This document shows positions 8,017 through 16,531 of a stretch of 39,658 nt of DNA, piece after piece. Under the pieces are notes generated by a model. That model saw nothing but the letters and a program-made list of their open reading frames with translations. It was not told the DNA's origin and did no database searches. Both the position numbers and the translations under genes were made by a program. Position 1 is the first letter of the stretch. Every line of letters begins with the position of its first letter. This DNA is from a virus: UHGV virus genome UHGV-0177678, one strand, 5' to 3'.

Positions 8017-8351
8017 TTAATATCTCAACAAACAACGCAATCGACCAAGCAGAGAAAATCATCACTGATATTTTCGAAAATGGCGAGCATGATAAACAGA
8101 CTGGCGAAGGTCTTTTTCGTGTTATGACACTGCTAGCTGATGCCCGCTCAACGATAGGCGACATTGACGATCTTTTCTTTGATGTTGCTATTACGGCAAG
8201 AAAGTTAGAGGCACTTACTGCCGTTTATTGTGAGCAATATTTCACTGATGAAGATAATGAACGACAAGAAACATATTTGGCCGCTACGATTCGTGACTAC
8301 GCGTCTAAATCTTGCAATGAATTAAAAAGCATCCAAGAAAAACTTAATTAA
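8013..8351 (+). CDS. Small acidic hypothetical protein B in the AT-rich early island.
   Basis: ATGA overlap with the upstream stop (translational coupling). 112 aa with 22 Asp/Glu against 11 Lys/Arg. Confidence 0.5.
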   Translation: MINISTNNAIDQAEKIITDIFENGEHDKQTGEGLFRVMTLLADARSTIGDIDDLFFDVAITARKLEALTAVYCEQYFTDEDNERQETYLAATIRDYASKSCNELKSIQEKLN

Positions 8352-8423
8352 ATAACACAACAAATTTAATTACGTCTTAACTGGTGTGGCTTCCTGCAAC
8401 CTGAAAACAGGATGATTTTAAAA

Positions 8424-8540
8424 ATGACATTCATCAAAGATAAAGCGGCATACAAAACGGCATGTCTTTTCTTTATGGCCTATGGCGAGGAGTACCGCCA
8501 TATATCTGACCTTTTCATGCGTAAAGCTTACGGAGTCTGA
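8424..8540 (+). CDS. Possible 38-aa micro-ORF (MTFIKDKAAYKTACLFFMAYGEEYRHISDLFMRKAYGV).
   Basis: Found by manual translation; below the ORF-track length cutoff. Weak RBS. Its stop lies 2 nt before the next ATG. Confidence 0.2.
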   Translation: MTFIKDKAAYKTACLFFMAYGEEYRHISDLFMRKAYGV

Positions 8541-8542
8541 TT

Positions 8543-8743
8543 ATGTTAAGCAAAGATAGCTCACTCGAAACCGCAAAGAATACAGCAGATAACCTTTATC
8601 ATTTAATGGAGTTAATCAACTCAAACATTATTGATATGGACATTGAGCAAATAATTTCCCTATCAGGCCTCTGCCTCGATTTATCGGCTCAGGTTTCTAT
8701 ATGGATGGATTCGGAGTTTGAACGACGTGAAAAAACTAATTGA
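8543..8743 (+). CDS. Small acidic hypothetical protein C in the AT-rich early island.
   Basis: GGAG RBS. 66 aa, net charge about -7. AT-rich like its neighbours. Confidence 0.4.
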   Translation: MLSKDSSLETAKNTADNLYHLMELINSNIIDMDIEQIISLSGLCLDLSAQVSIWMDSEFERREKTN

Positions 8744-9074
8744 AATTCGCCGCCGTCATCTTGTTCAGGCAAAGCTTGATTCTGTTATGCGTAGGACGGG
8801 TGGAAACATCCAGATGGCGAAGCTTGATAACGGCACGCTGTTTCCGGTCGAGTTAACCGAAGAATTATTGACGAAGGCACTGATAAAGCTTTTCGAAGAA
8901 ATGATTTACGGCACGCATAAACGTACCGAAGCAGAATCAATTATTTCCGGTCATTACGCTGATTGCCTCGGGAAAAGCAAATTAACGCCTGATGCCGTGT
9001 ATTTCATGGATGCACTGATTGAAACACTGGCGGAAGAAGCAATGAAAAAACGGAGAGCACAAAATGCAAGCTAA
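8727..9074 (+). CDS. Hypothetical early protein.
   Basis: GTG start preceded by GGAG. An alternative TTG at 8718 is possible. GC content rises back to the genome norm here. Confidence 0.4.
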   Translation: MKKLIEIRRRHLVQAKLDSVMRRTGGNIQMAKLDNGTLFPVELTEELLTKALIKLFEEMIYGTHKRTEAESIISGHYADCLGKSKLTPDAVYFMDALIETLAEEAMKKRRAQNAS

Positions 9075-9294
9075 CCAGCAGTCAATATTACATCGCGGAA
9101 AGCTAATTCCACTTCCATTGCTGAATGTAGATCTGCATGTCTCCCCGGAATTTACCGGGCGAGTGGTAGTTCACATCAAAGAAGGCCGCCAGATTTGCGA
9201 TTACCCACTGCGTGAAGCCGAGCATATCAACACTTTATCTGGATTTCTGGCGCTAGCCCGACAGGCTGGCTGGATGGTTATTCCGCCTGAATAA
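9064..9294 (+). CDS. Hypothetical early protein (76 aa).
   Basis: ORF overlapping the upstream gene by 11 nt. Confidence 0.35.
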   Translation: MQANQQSILHRGKLIPLPLLNVDLHVSPEFTGRVVVHIKEGRQICDYPLREAEHINTLSGFLALARQAGWMVIPPE

Positions 9295-9313
9295 ATAGCG
9301 GAGGGCGGAGCCA

Positions 9314-9532
9314 GTGGCCCTGACAGCAATCCGAATTCCTGAGCGGGTACGCCTGCAGGCGATGCAGGTTCTGCAGCGATATCGGCGTAAGCGCATATAT
9401 GCACGACGCATGCGCCGTACTGGCTACCTCAGCCTGAAAGTTAACCCACGCTGGAGGCTGTTATCAAAAGACGATGGCCGGAGCTGGGAAGTAATGAGTC
9501 ATGAACGTTATTCGGGAGAAATAAGCAGATGA
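9314..9532 (+). CDS. Small basic protein, possibly DNA-binding.
   Basis: GTG start preceded by GGAGG. Arg-rich sequence RYRRKRIYARRMRR. Confidence 0.4.
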   Translation: MALTAIRIPERVRLQAMQVLQRYRRKRIYARRMRRTGYLSLKVNPRWRLLSKDDGRSWEVMSHERYSGEISR

Positions 9533-9942
9533 TCGACAACCGCACCGCCAGCGTGATTGACCTGGCCTTAAAGAAACACGACACGCCCGTTGGTCCGTTG
9601 TTCGTGGCTCAACGCCATGGACGTATCAAGAAGTGCTTTAGCCGTGACACTGCGATCCGCTATCTGGCGTTCTTCATGACCACCGAGGCTTTTGAGCGTT
9701 CAGGTTTTCCACAGCGTCACCCGCGGGTGCGTATTGATCGCGATGATATGGAGGTATGGCGAGACGGGGAAACAAAGGCGGAGTATCTGGCCGCCCACCA
9801 GCGTTGTATTCGCCGTCTGCGTCGTATCCTGGCGCGCAAGCGAGAAATGGAGAAATGGTGTGAAAAATGGGACGCAATGCACGAGCGCTACGTCAAAGAG
9901 GTGGATGCATTGCAAGCCATCAAACCAGCAGGAGTGTATTGA
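9529..9942 (+). CDS. Hypothetical early protein (137 aa).
   Basis: ATGA overlap with the upstream stop. Confidence 0.45.
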   Translation: MIDNRTASVIDLALKKHDTPVGPLFVAQRHGRIKKCFSRDTAIRYLAFFMTTEAFERSGFPQRHPRVRIDRDDMEVWRDGETKAEYLAAHQRCIRRLRRILARKREMEKWCEKWDAMHERYVKEVDALQAIKPAGVY

Positions 9943-10520
9943 TGGTTGATTCAACGTTTAACCCAGAGCCGACATCAACCGGCATCCGTTTTGGTAACCG
10001 CGTTATTGGCTATTCCGTTGCGGTTCGCCAGCTCGACAACGGTAATTATGACAAACGAATTCCGGATGGATTAGATCTGCTGGCTTGCATCATGGAAGCG
10101 ATTGAAAGCGGCTGGTTTACCCCGGGCATCGAGAAAGAAATCATCATTTGGCGCTGGATGCTGGTTGCCGTCTTCATTGCCGAGGAGCAGGCAAAGAACG
10201 GCACGGTTGAGGTTGCCAACGATTCTGGAGGGTTTGATACCGCAGTTATCTACTCAGGCCAAAACGGTTCAATCAGTGTTTATCCCGCGCCAGAGCGGTT
10301 CGCACTCGCAAGCTATGTGGAAGGGTTAGCCATTGAGAAATACGGTCAGGAACTCGGCCAGCAGATGGCGCTGCGCATGTACCGGGACATGTTAGATACG
10401 GACGCTGAGAACGGGCTTCGACTCTCAAAAATGGGCCGGGAGGGTTTCAATCTCCTGCATGACAGCTTCATTGAACAGATTCAGAAAGAAGGTATGCCTG
10501 ACATGCCGGTTATGCACTGA
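9942..10520 (+). CDS. Hypothetical early protein (192 aa).
   Basis: ATG overlaps the upstream TGA (TGATG). MVDSTFNPEPTSTGIRFGNR... Confidence 0.45.
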   Translation: MVDSTFNPEPTSTGIRFGNRVIGYSVAVRQLDNGNYDKRIPDGLDLLACIMEAIESGWFTPGIEKEIIIWRWMLVAVFIAEEQAKNGTVEVANDSGGFDTAVIYSGQNGSISVYPAPERFALASYVEGLAIEKYGQELGQQMALRMYRDMLDTDAENGLRLSKMGREGFNLLHDSFIEQIQKEGMPDMPVMH

Positions 10521-10531
10521 GGAGGACGAAA

Positions 10532-11281
10532 ATGAACACTGTAACGATCAATAACAAACAGCTGCCGGCAGTCGAATATCGCGGTCAGCGCGTTGTGACG
10601 CTGGCGATGATTGATGAAGTCCACCAGCGACCGGAAGGAACCGCTCGTGCAGCATTTAATCGCAACAAAGACCGCTTTGTTCGTGGTGAGGATTATGAAG
10701 AATTAGGTGCAGACACCATACGTACGGACCTTCCCGTTGGCGTTTTTTCGAAATTTGCGCCATCAGGAATTGTCCTCTTCGAATCAGGCTACCTGATGCT
10801 GACGAAACCATTTAACGATGATCTGGCCTGGAAAGTACAACGCGAGTTGGTAAGTGGTTATTTCCGTCATCAGCAACCGCAACCATTGACTGAAATCGAA
10901 ATGATCGCCGCAATGGCCGCCGATGCCGTTCGCCAGCAAAAACGCCTGAATCATGTTGAAGAGCAGATCGAAACGGTCACCGAAGCGGTGGAGAACATCA
11001 AGCGCGGCACCATGCGAGCCGGATATGTCGGTTACCGCCAGGTGGTAGCCAAAAGCGGAATGAGTGACGCCAAGTGCCGGAATTTGGTCAATGCCTACCG
11101 CATCCCGACAGACACGCACGAATTTATGACTCCAGACGGGCTATTGTCACGTAGGGCTATTGTCGAACTGGAGCCGTTTATGGCCGCATTTCGCCAGATG
11201 ATGTCAGAAGCTGAACCGCGCGGCACCCGCTGGTATCACCCTAAAATGGGCTTGTTCCAAGCGATCGGCTGGGAGGGGTAA
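10532..11281 (+). CDS. ORF6N/Bro-N-like domain protein, putative antirepressor.
   Basis: YRGQRVVTLAMIDEVHQRPEGTARAAFNRNKDRFVRGEDY resembles the ORF6N/KilA-N-type antirepressor N-terminal domain. Confidence 0.45.
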   Translation: MNTVTINNKQLPAVEYRGQRVVTLAMIDEVHQRPEGTARAAFNRNKDRFVRGEDYEELGADTIRTDLPVGVFSKFAPSGIVLFESGYLMLTKPFNDDLAWKVQRELVSGYFRHQQPQPLTEIEMIAAMAADAVRQQKRLNHVEEQIETVTEAVENIKRGTMRAGYVGYRQVVAKSGMSDAKCRNLVNAYRIPTDTHEFMTPDGLLSRRAIVELEPFMAAFRQMMSEAEPRGTRWYHPKMGLFQAIGWEG

Positions 11282-11283
11282 CG

Positions 11284-11706
11284 GTGAAAAATAATGAAAT
11301 ATGGAATCCGGCTGGCTCTGTTGAGCTGGCCCACCAGCAAGCTCTGACATGCGTATCTGATGCCTACCTGTTCCATCTGGTCAGCCTGCACCGTCGCCCG
11401 GTATATCGTCACAAGTACGGTGATATTTCGCTTAACCAGCCAGCGCTACGGGGCTTTATTGATTCGTACCTCGCTGATAAGGGATGGAGTATGGAGCGTC
11501 GCCGGGCGCATTACATCCGGATGCTGGACCTGATCAAATATATGCATCGCAGCAATGCGGACTTCGTCGATTGGGGAACTGTGCCAGCTCTAAACCCAAG
11601 GGGCATCCGCTGGATGAATGCCTGTTTCTCAAGGATGGGAGAGATGGTTAATAGTTTTGGCGGGTGGAATAACGTCGTGGCGAACGCAGACAGCGAGGTG
11701 AAATGA
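11284..11706 (+). CDS. Hypothetical protein (140 aa).
   Basis: GTG start preceded by GGAGG. Confidence 0.4.
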   Translation: MKNNEIWNPAGSVELAHQQALTCVSDAYLFHLVSLHRRPVYRHKYGDISLNQPALRGFIDSYLADKGWSMERRRAHYIRMLDLIKYMHRSNADFVDWGTVPALNPRGIRWMNACFSRMGEMVNSFGGWNNVVANADSEVK

Positions 11707-12059
11707 TGGACCGTGCAATGATCAAGACCGACTCCCTGAACACAATTGGGGAATGCCTCGAGCAGCTGGCGCTGGCCGAAGAAGGCCTTATCGCAATCGA
11801 CGGCCAACTGTTAAAGCATGATGCCGATCAGGCTTGGCGCAAGCGGGCAGAGAATGCCCGCCGGACCATTGGGCAAAAGAAGCGAATCATCACCGCTCGT
11901 TTATCTGTGCTTCGCCATCAGGAGAAAGAGCATAACCGGCAGATGCATCACACGCGTGACAGCTATCTGATTGCAGAGCTGCGGGAGATTGTCACGCCCT
12001 CTTCTTTCCTGCGCTGCGTACACCGCGCAGAAACAAAGCTGGAGGCCGCCAGTGAGTGA
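11703..12059 (+). CDS. Hypothetical protein (118 aa).
   Basis: ATGA overlap with the upstream stop. Confidence 0.4.
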   Translation: MMDRAMIKTDSLNTIGECLEQLALAEEGLIAIDGQLLKHDADQAWRKRAENARRTIGQKKRIITARLSVLRHQEKEHNRQMHHTRDSYLIAELREIVTPSSFLRCVHRAETKLEAASE

Positions 12060-12384
12060 ATCCAACTTGTTTGAATTGGTGGCGCTGATCAAGGCAGCAA
12101 AGAGCGATCCGTCAGCGATAGTCGATGCATTATGGGAGGCCGGTTATCGCCAGCCCGAAAGGAGCGAGAAGGAGGCGGCCAAAATAACTATCGACACCTT
12201 CTTCTACTGCATGGCGTTCGATATGCCGACAGATTTCTGGCCCCGCGATTATGACAGCGTTCTCCAGAATGAGCTGATGAAAGCAGTTATTGGTGAGGAT
12301 GGAGAGCTGGCCTACGCCACCGCCAGCGAAATAGCCAAAAGCGTTATCAACGCCGGATTTAGCAAGGAGGCCGCCAATGGGTGA
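12052..12384 (+). CDS. Hypothetical protein (110 aa).
   Basis: GTG start overlapping the upstream stop (GTGAGTGA). Confidence 0.35.
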   Translation: MSESNLFELVALIKAAKSDPSAIVDALWEAGYRQPERSEKEAAKITIDTFFYCMAFDMPTDFWPRDYDSVLQNELMKAVIGEDGELAYATASEIAKSVINAGFSKEAANG

Positions 12385-12446
12385 AATGGTCGATTTGAAT
12401 AATGCGTGGTGCCGCTGCCGTGGTCTGAGTGTGATGTGAGGTGATT

Positions 12447-12641
12447 ATGAGCGATTTAATGACAACAAAACAGGTGGCCGATTACTGCGGAGTTTCGGTG
12501 TCAACGGTGCTGCGCTGGAACAGCATCAACGGTAAAACCGGCCAGAAGTACCGCCCCGAGTTCCCGGACCCGGATATAAAATCCTGCCCAAATAAATGGG
12601 CGGCACATAAAATTCACAGGTTCGCCGGAGTTATCCAGTAA
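12447..12641 (+). CDS. AlpA-family HTH protein, putative excisionase or regulator.
   Basis: MSDLMTTKQVADYCGVSVSTVLRWNS... fits the AlpA/Xis HTH pattern. GAGG RBS. Converges on and overlaps the integrase 3' end. Confidence 0.6.
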   Translation: MSDLMTTKQVADYCGVSVSTVLRWNSINGKTGQKYRPEFPDPDIKSCPNKWAAHKIHRFAGVIQ

Positions 12642-13836
12642 CGAGAGACTCCACCCGATCCCACCACGCCTGATAGGCTTTGCGTTGTTCTTCCATGTAA
12701 TCGCTCTTGTCATAAACTTGCCAGACACCTGGCAGTTTATGACCGAGCATTATTTCAGCAACGTGTGGCTCTGTCAGATCAGAAAAATTTGTTCTCGCCG
12801 TTCTTCTCAAATCGTACAGTGACCAGTGTGGGAACTGATACCCCAGCCGCCGCCACGCATATTTCGTCAGGTTATACGGTAATGACTGTAATGACGATCT
12901 GCCAACCGGCTCCCGGCTATTCTCTTTCGTGAATACCATGACTGAGCCATTATTCATGGAAATAGCATATTTCACTAACTCTTCGACTGGCCCGATAATT
13001 GGGCGCTTGAGTGGCTTCCCAGTTACCGCTCCCGTTTTATGCCGCTCAGCTGGAACCGTCCATACCTTGCTGACCAGATCGAAATCACTCACTCTGGCCC
13101 CAATCAGCTCAGCAGGCCGACAACCAAAGTGCAGCAGCAGCTTAATAAAGACTCTGTATTTGGGAACTAAGCGGGAGCCATCAACGGCACCGTATAGGAT
13201 CTTGATTTCTTCATGGCTCAGGAATCTTTCACCCTGACCTTTTTTGATGTCCATATCTTTGCTGGTTATATCGGATAAAGGCCGATTCTCCACCAGCTTT
13301 CTTTTGAAAGCCCATACGTGAGCCTGCTTTGCATTCACCAGTAGCCTATCAGCTATTCCAGGCAACCGATCGCTGATTGGCTCCAGTACTTCCAGCCAGT
13401 CGTGAAGACTGGCAATATCATGCGGCAAATTACCAATTTTTGGGAACAGGTGAATTTCGAAAGACCTGAGGATTTGCTCTGCGCCTTTCTTATTTTTCAG
13501 ACAGTAGGCGTCATACCAAGCCCTGATCACCGATTCAACGGTTAACGCGCCCGTGGCGCGACGTTTTTCAGCCATCCTGACTAACTTGGGGTTTCTGTTA
13601 GCCTCCAGCTCACCACGCAACCGGATCACTTCATCGCGAGCCTCTTTGAGACCGGTAGCAGGATAAGAACCAATATCGATACGCTCGCCTTTCCCGGCCC
13701 ACTGATAACGATATTGAAACACAACACGTCCTTTCGGTGACACTCTTACAGATAGGCCATCACGATCGGATTTTACCATTACCTTTTCGCGTTCCTTTCC
13801 TGAGACCGAACGCAACCATGTATCAGACAGCGCCAT
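12631..13836 (-). CDS. int: P4-type tyrosine integrase.
   Basis: N-terminal arm-binding (DUF4102-like) region. Catalytic H-x-x-R in HWSLYDLRRT and Tyr in VWQVYDKSDY. Adjacent to the attP-like repeats. Confidence 0.8.
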   Translation of the reverse strand: MALSDTWLRSVSGKEREKVMVKSDRDGLSVRVSPKGRVVFQYRYQWAGKGERIDIGSYPATGLKEARDEVIRLRGELEANRNPKLVRMAEKRRATGALTVESVIRAWYDAYCLKNKKGAEQILRSFEIHLFPKIGNLPHDIASLHDWLEVLEPISDRLPGIADRLLVNAKQAHVWAFKRKLVENRPLSDITSKDMDIKKGQGERFLSHEEIKILYGAVDGSRLVPKYRVFIKLLLHFGCRPAELIGARVSDFDLVSKVWTVPAERHKTGAVTGKPLKRPIIGPVEELVKYAISMNNGSVMVFTKENSREPVGRSSLQSLPYNLTKYAWRRLGYQFPHWSLYDLRRTARTNFSDLTEPHVAEIMLGHKLPGVWQVYDKSDYMEEQRKAYQAWWDRVESLVTG

Positions 13837-14295
13837 AAACCACCTTGTACAAACTTAAAAAATCATCTTCGGTTTGTACATTATGTACAAGCACATGTAC
13901 AGAATTTTGCTAAAAGCAATCGCATTAAAGCGTGATCAATTGAAAGGAGTTAAAGCGGATTAAAGTAATTAATCGTTGATACAGCAAGAATGGCAGGTGA
14001 TTTGTGAAAGGAGTTTGAAAAATCTGACAGGTTTTTATTTTACTTAATGAGGGGTGATTCGTGGGGGTGCGAGATAATGGCAAAGGTTCTTCGTTTGGCT
14101 ACCTCTGCGAGATAGGAGCTCATTGTCATGTTATTCAATTCCGTTATGTACAAACGCATGTACAAAGAAAATTTTATGCCCGTGATTGTACATTTTGCCG
14201 CTGCCTGAGCATAGCAGAACCTCACGCAAGACGGACACAACTTGACACTGTATAAATAACCAGATAAATGTTAACTGTATATTCAACCAGTATTA
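13837..14295. other. attP region with integrase arm-type repeats.
   Basis: At least seven copies of a TGTACA motif in both orientations (TTGTACAAAC, GTACATTATGTACAAGCACATGTACAG, TATGTACAAACGCATGTACAAAG, GATTGTACATTTT). The core crossover site was not identifiable. Confidence 0.5.
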
Positions 14296-14307
14296 TTGGA
14301 GGCAGTG

Positions 14308-14574
14308 ATGTTCGTTGAACTCGTCTATGACAAGCGTAATGTTGATGGGCTGGCGGGGGCCAGAGAGATCATCCTGGCAGAACTGACGAAGCGAGTGCAC
14401 CAGATTTTCCCTGATGCCGAAGTGAAGGTGAAACCGATGCAGGCGAACGGCTTGAATAGCGATGCCAGCAAAAGCGATCGGGAAAAGCTGAACCGCATGC
14501 TGGAGGAGATGTTTGAAGAGTCCGACATGTGGCTGGTTTCTGAATTCCCATCAGTCCGCCAAGTTGGACTGTAA
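14308..14574 (+). CDS. dinI: DinI-like protein.
   Basis: The C-terminal EEMFEESDMWLVSE matches the DinI signature ETWESADDWFVSE. GGAGG RBS, ATG at 14308. Confidence 0.6.
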   Translation: MFVELVYDKRNVDGLAGAREIILAELTKRVHQIFPDAEVKVKPMQANGLNSDASKSDREKLNRMLEEMFEESDMWLVSEFPSVRQVGL

Positions 14575-14702
14575 TATCTCGTAGGATTCAGCAAGATGAT
14601 GCTGAGGCGTCGATCTTATGTCGTGATGGTGGTAGCCTATGTACCTTTGAAAACTGACGTATAGATTATGCGGTTCTATCTTAGGATCGAGGTGAGCGAT
14701 AA

Positions 14703-14876
14703 ATGAAAATTTCCATATCATCTTTGTCAAAGTGGGCCGTTAGATTAGCTGGAAGTTTAAGCGCATTATTCCTTTTGACAGGAAAGTCATGGGGTGATAT
14801 GTCACTTGCTACCATCGAGGTCTTAGCAATCATCATGTGGGCAGAAACTGAATATAGATTTTTGAAGAAAAAGTAG
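14703..14876 (+). CDS. Small predicted membrane protein (57 aa).
   Basis: GAGG RBS then ATG. MKISISSLSKWAVRLAGSLSALFLLTGKSWGDMSLATIEVLAIIMWAETEYRFLKKK has two hydrophobic segments. AT-rich. Below the ORF-track cutoff. Confidence 0.3.
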   Translation: MKISISSLSKWAVRLAGSLSALFLLTGKSWGDMSLATIEVLAIIMWAETEYRFLKKK

Positions 14877-14934
14877 GTTTCTGGTTTTTAACTATATTTT
14901 TTAAGACAGTTACTATTTTTAAGGTTGTTCACAA

Positions 14935-16089
14935 ATGAATGTTTTTGTTGAATATGCGATTTTGTTTACTTTCTTAATAGGGTGCGGATTAATATTTTCC
15001 TTACCTAAGTTTGGTTTTGTGGATGACAAAGAAATTTCCAATACAAATCATAACACCCCAATGGATGCATTAAGATTTTTTCTTGCGTCTTTTGTATTCA
15101 TCAGTCATGAGATAGGTTTCTTTTATTATTTTACTGATGGTAAATTCACACATCCATTTGTTGGCATTAGTATGCTTTCGCATGTTGGTGTGGCTTTATT
15201 TTTCTCTATTACAGGGTATCTATTCTGGGGTAAAATTAAGCGAGGCAGTGTAAATTGGATTTCTTTGTATAAAGGGAGATTCTTTAGAATAGTTCCTTTA
15301 GTATGGTTTAATTCATTACTTATTATTTTAATTGTTTGCTTTCTCTCTAGAGAAATGCCAAGCATGAATGCATTACACTGGTTTGACTTTATAAATAATC
15401 ACCGCCCTGATTTTACATCATATAAAGAAACATTTATGTTCACGGCTGGTGTATTTTGGACTCTTGCTTTTGAGTGGGGTTTTTACATAGCTCTTCCTGC
15501 CTTATCGTTGATTGTAAAAAGATCTTTTGAATTCAGCATGTTCTTTGTGTTCGTTCTCGTTTACGCTTCTCCTTACATAACATTAAAAGTTCCTTTTAAC
15601 TTTTTTTTGTTTTTTGCTATAGGAATGCTTGCGTCAGACGTTGCGGAAAAAATTAACTTACAACAAAAACACTTTAATTTTATATTCATTTCCTCTTTGA
15701 TTGCTTTGTTATTTTGCGATGACAGAATTTACCGAGTTGACTCTTTCTCGAATGTTCTTTTGTTTTTAATCATACTTAGCGTAGCTAAAGGGGCAGATTT
15801 ATTTGGATTGCTTAGAATAAGAGGATTCAGGCGGTTGGGTGTCGCAAGTTATAGCATTTATGTAATGCATGCTTTCGTTATAATGTGTGTGTTCAAGCTA
15901 TTTAACTCGCTAGGTATCTTAAAAAACAATCCAATTACAATAATGCTACCTCTAAGTATTTCCGTACTGTATATTTCATTAATAACATACCATTTAATTG
16001 AGAAAAGATTCATGACCCTTGGTCGAGGGGTTAAATTTAACGCCCCCGCACTTACAGATAAAAATGCTAACCAAATAGAAAAGCCATAA
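14935..16089 (+). CDS. Acyltransferase_3 family membrane protein, a lysogenic-conversion candidate.
   Basis: 384 aa with about ten predicted TM helices. The N-terminal RFFLASFVFISHE and the overall architecture are typical of Oac/OafA-type acyltransferases; the O-antigen acetylase role is inferred. About 33% GC, well below the genome average. Confidence 0.65.
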   Translation: MNVFVEYAILFTFLIGCGLIFSLPKFGFVDDKEISNTNHNTPMDALRFFLASFVFISHEIGFFYYFTDGKFTHPFVGISMLSHVGVALFFSITGYLFWGKIKRGSVNWISLYKGRFFRIVPLVWFNSLLIILIVCFLSREMPSMNALHWFDFINNHRPDFTSYKETFMFTAGVFWTLAFEWGFYIALPALSLIVKRSFEFSMFFVFVLVYASPYITLKVPFNFFLFFAIGMLASDVAEKINLQQKHFNFIFISSLIALLFCDDRIYRVDSFSNVLLFLIILSVAKGADLFGLLRIRGFRRLGVASYSIYVMHAFVIMCVFKLFNSLGILKNNPITIMLPLSISVLYISLITYHLIEKRFMTLGRGVKFNAPALTDKNANQIEKP

Positions 16090-16090
16090 A

Positions 16091-16120
16091 AAGAGGGGGG
16101 TACCCCTCTTTCATTTCTTG
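16091..16120. terminator. Bidirectional intrinsic terminator.
   Basis: AAGAGGGG-ggta-CCCCTCTT stem with T-runs on both strands. It ends the plus-strand acyltransferase transcript and the minus-strand late transcript after the fibre assembly gene. Confidence 0.65.
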
Positions 16121-16129
16121 ATATATATA

Positions 16130-16531
16130 TTAAGTGGCAGGAATTTCGGGCCATGTAATATCTGGCGCAGTTGATGTATCAACAGCCTCCAGTGCATCCA
16201 TATAGTCCAGCCATTCATTAAATGACTGCTTATCCTCATCAGACAGGCGTCCAAGTGCCAATTTCGAAGGCCACTGGTTGCTATCGATATAGTTATTGGC
16301 ATCATTGATTAATGACTGCTTTTGGTTTTCTGCCTGCTCAACAAGCTCTTCATGCGTAGGTTCTGGCTCAGGCGGAGCTTTAAACTCTTTGCCGTCATAA
16401 CTCCAGCCGATACCAACGCCGAGCCCATCAATGTTTACAGTCTCATACCCTTCAAAAATATTTCCCTCGCCATCCCACACGACAGTATTTACGACCTGCC
16501 CGTCCTTAATCAGTGCATAAATAGACATCAT
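16130..16531 (-). CDS. Tail fibre assembly protein (Tfa, lambda Tfa/P2 gpG-like).
   Basis: MMSIYALIKDGQVVNTVVWDG start. C-terminal DSNQWP...DITWPEIP is typical of the Tfa family. Its ATG overlaps the fibre gene's TGA. The longer ORF-track start at 16780 falls inside the fibre gene. Confidence 0.65.
   Translation of the reverse strand: MMSIYALIKDGQVVNTVVWDGEGNIFEGYETVNIDGLGVGIGWSYDGKEFKAPPEPEPTHEELVEQAENQKQSLINDANNYIDSNQWPSKLALGRLSDEDKQSFNEWLDYMDALEAVDTSTAPDITWPEIPAT

Noticed and set aside
13837-14295. Possible tRNA gene or tRNA 3' fragment at attP (expected for P4-type integrases).
   Set aside because: No cloverleaf-compatible sequence or T-loop motif (GTTCGAATC-like) was visible by eye. 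Only TGTACA arm repeats were found. The core site is left undefined.
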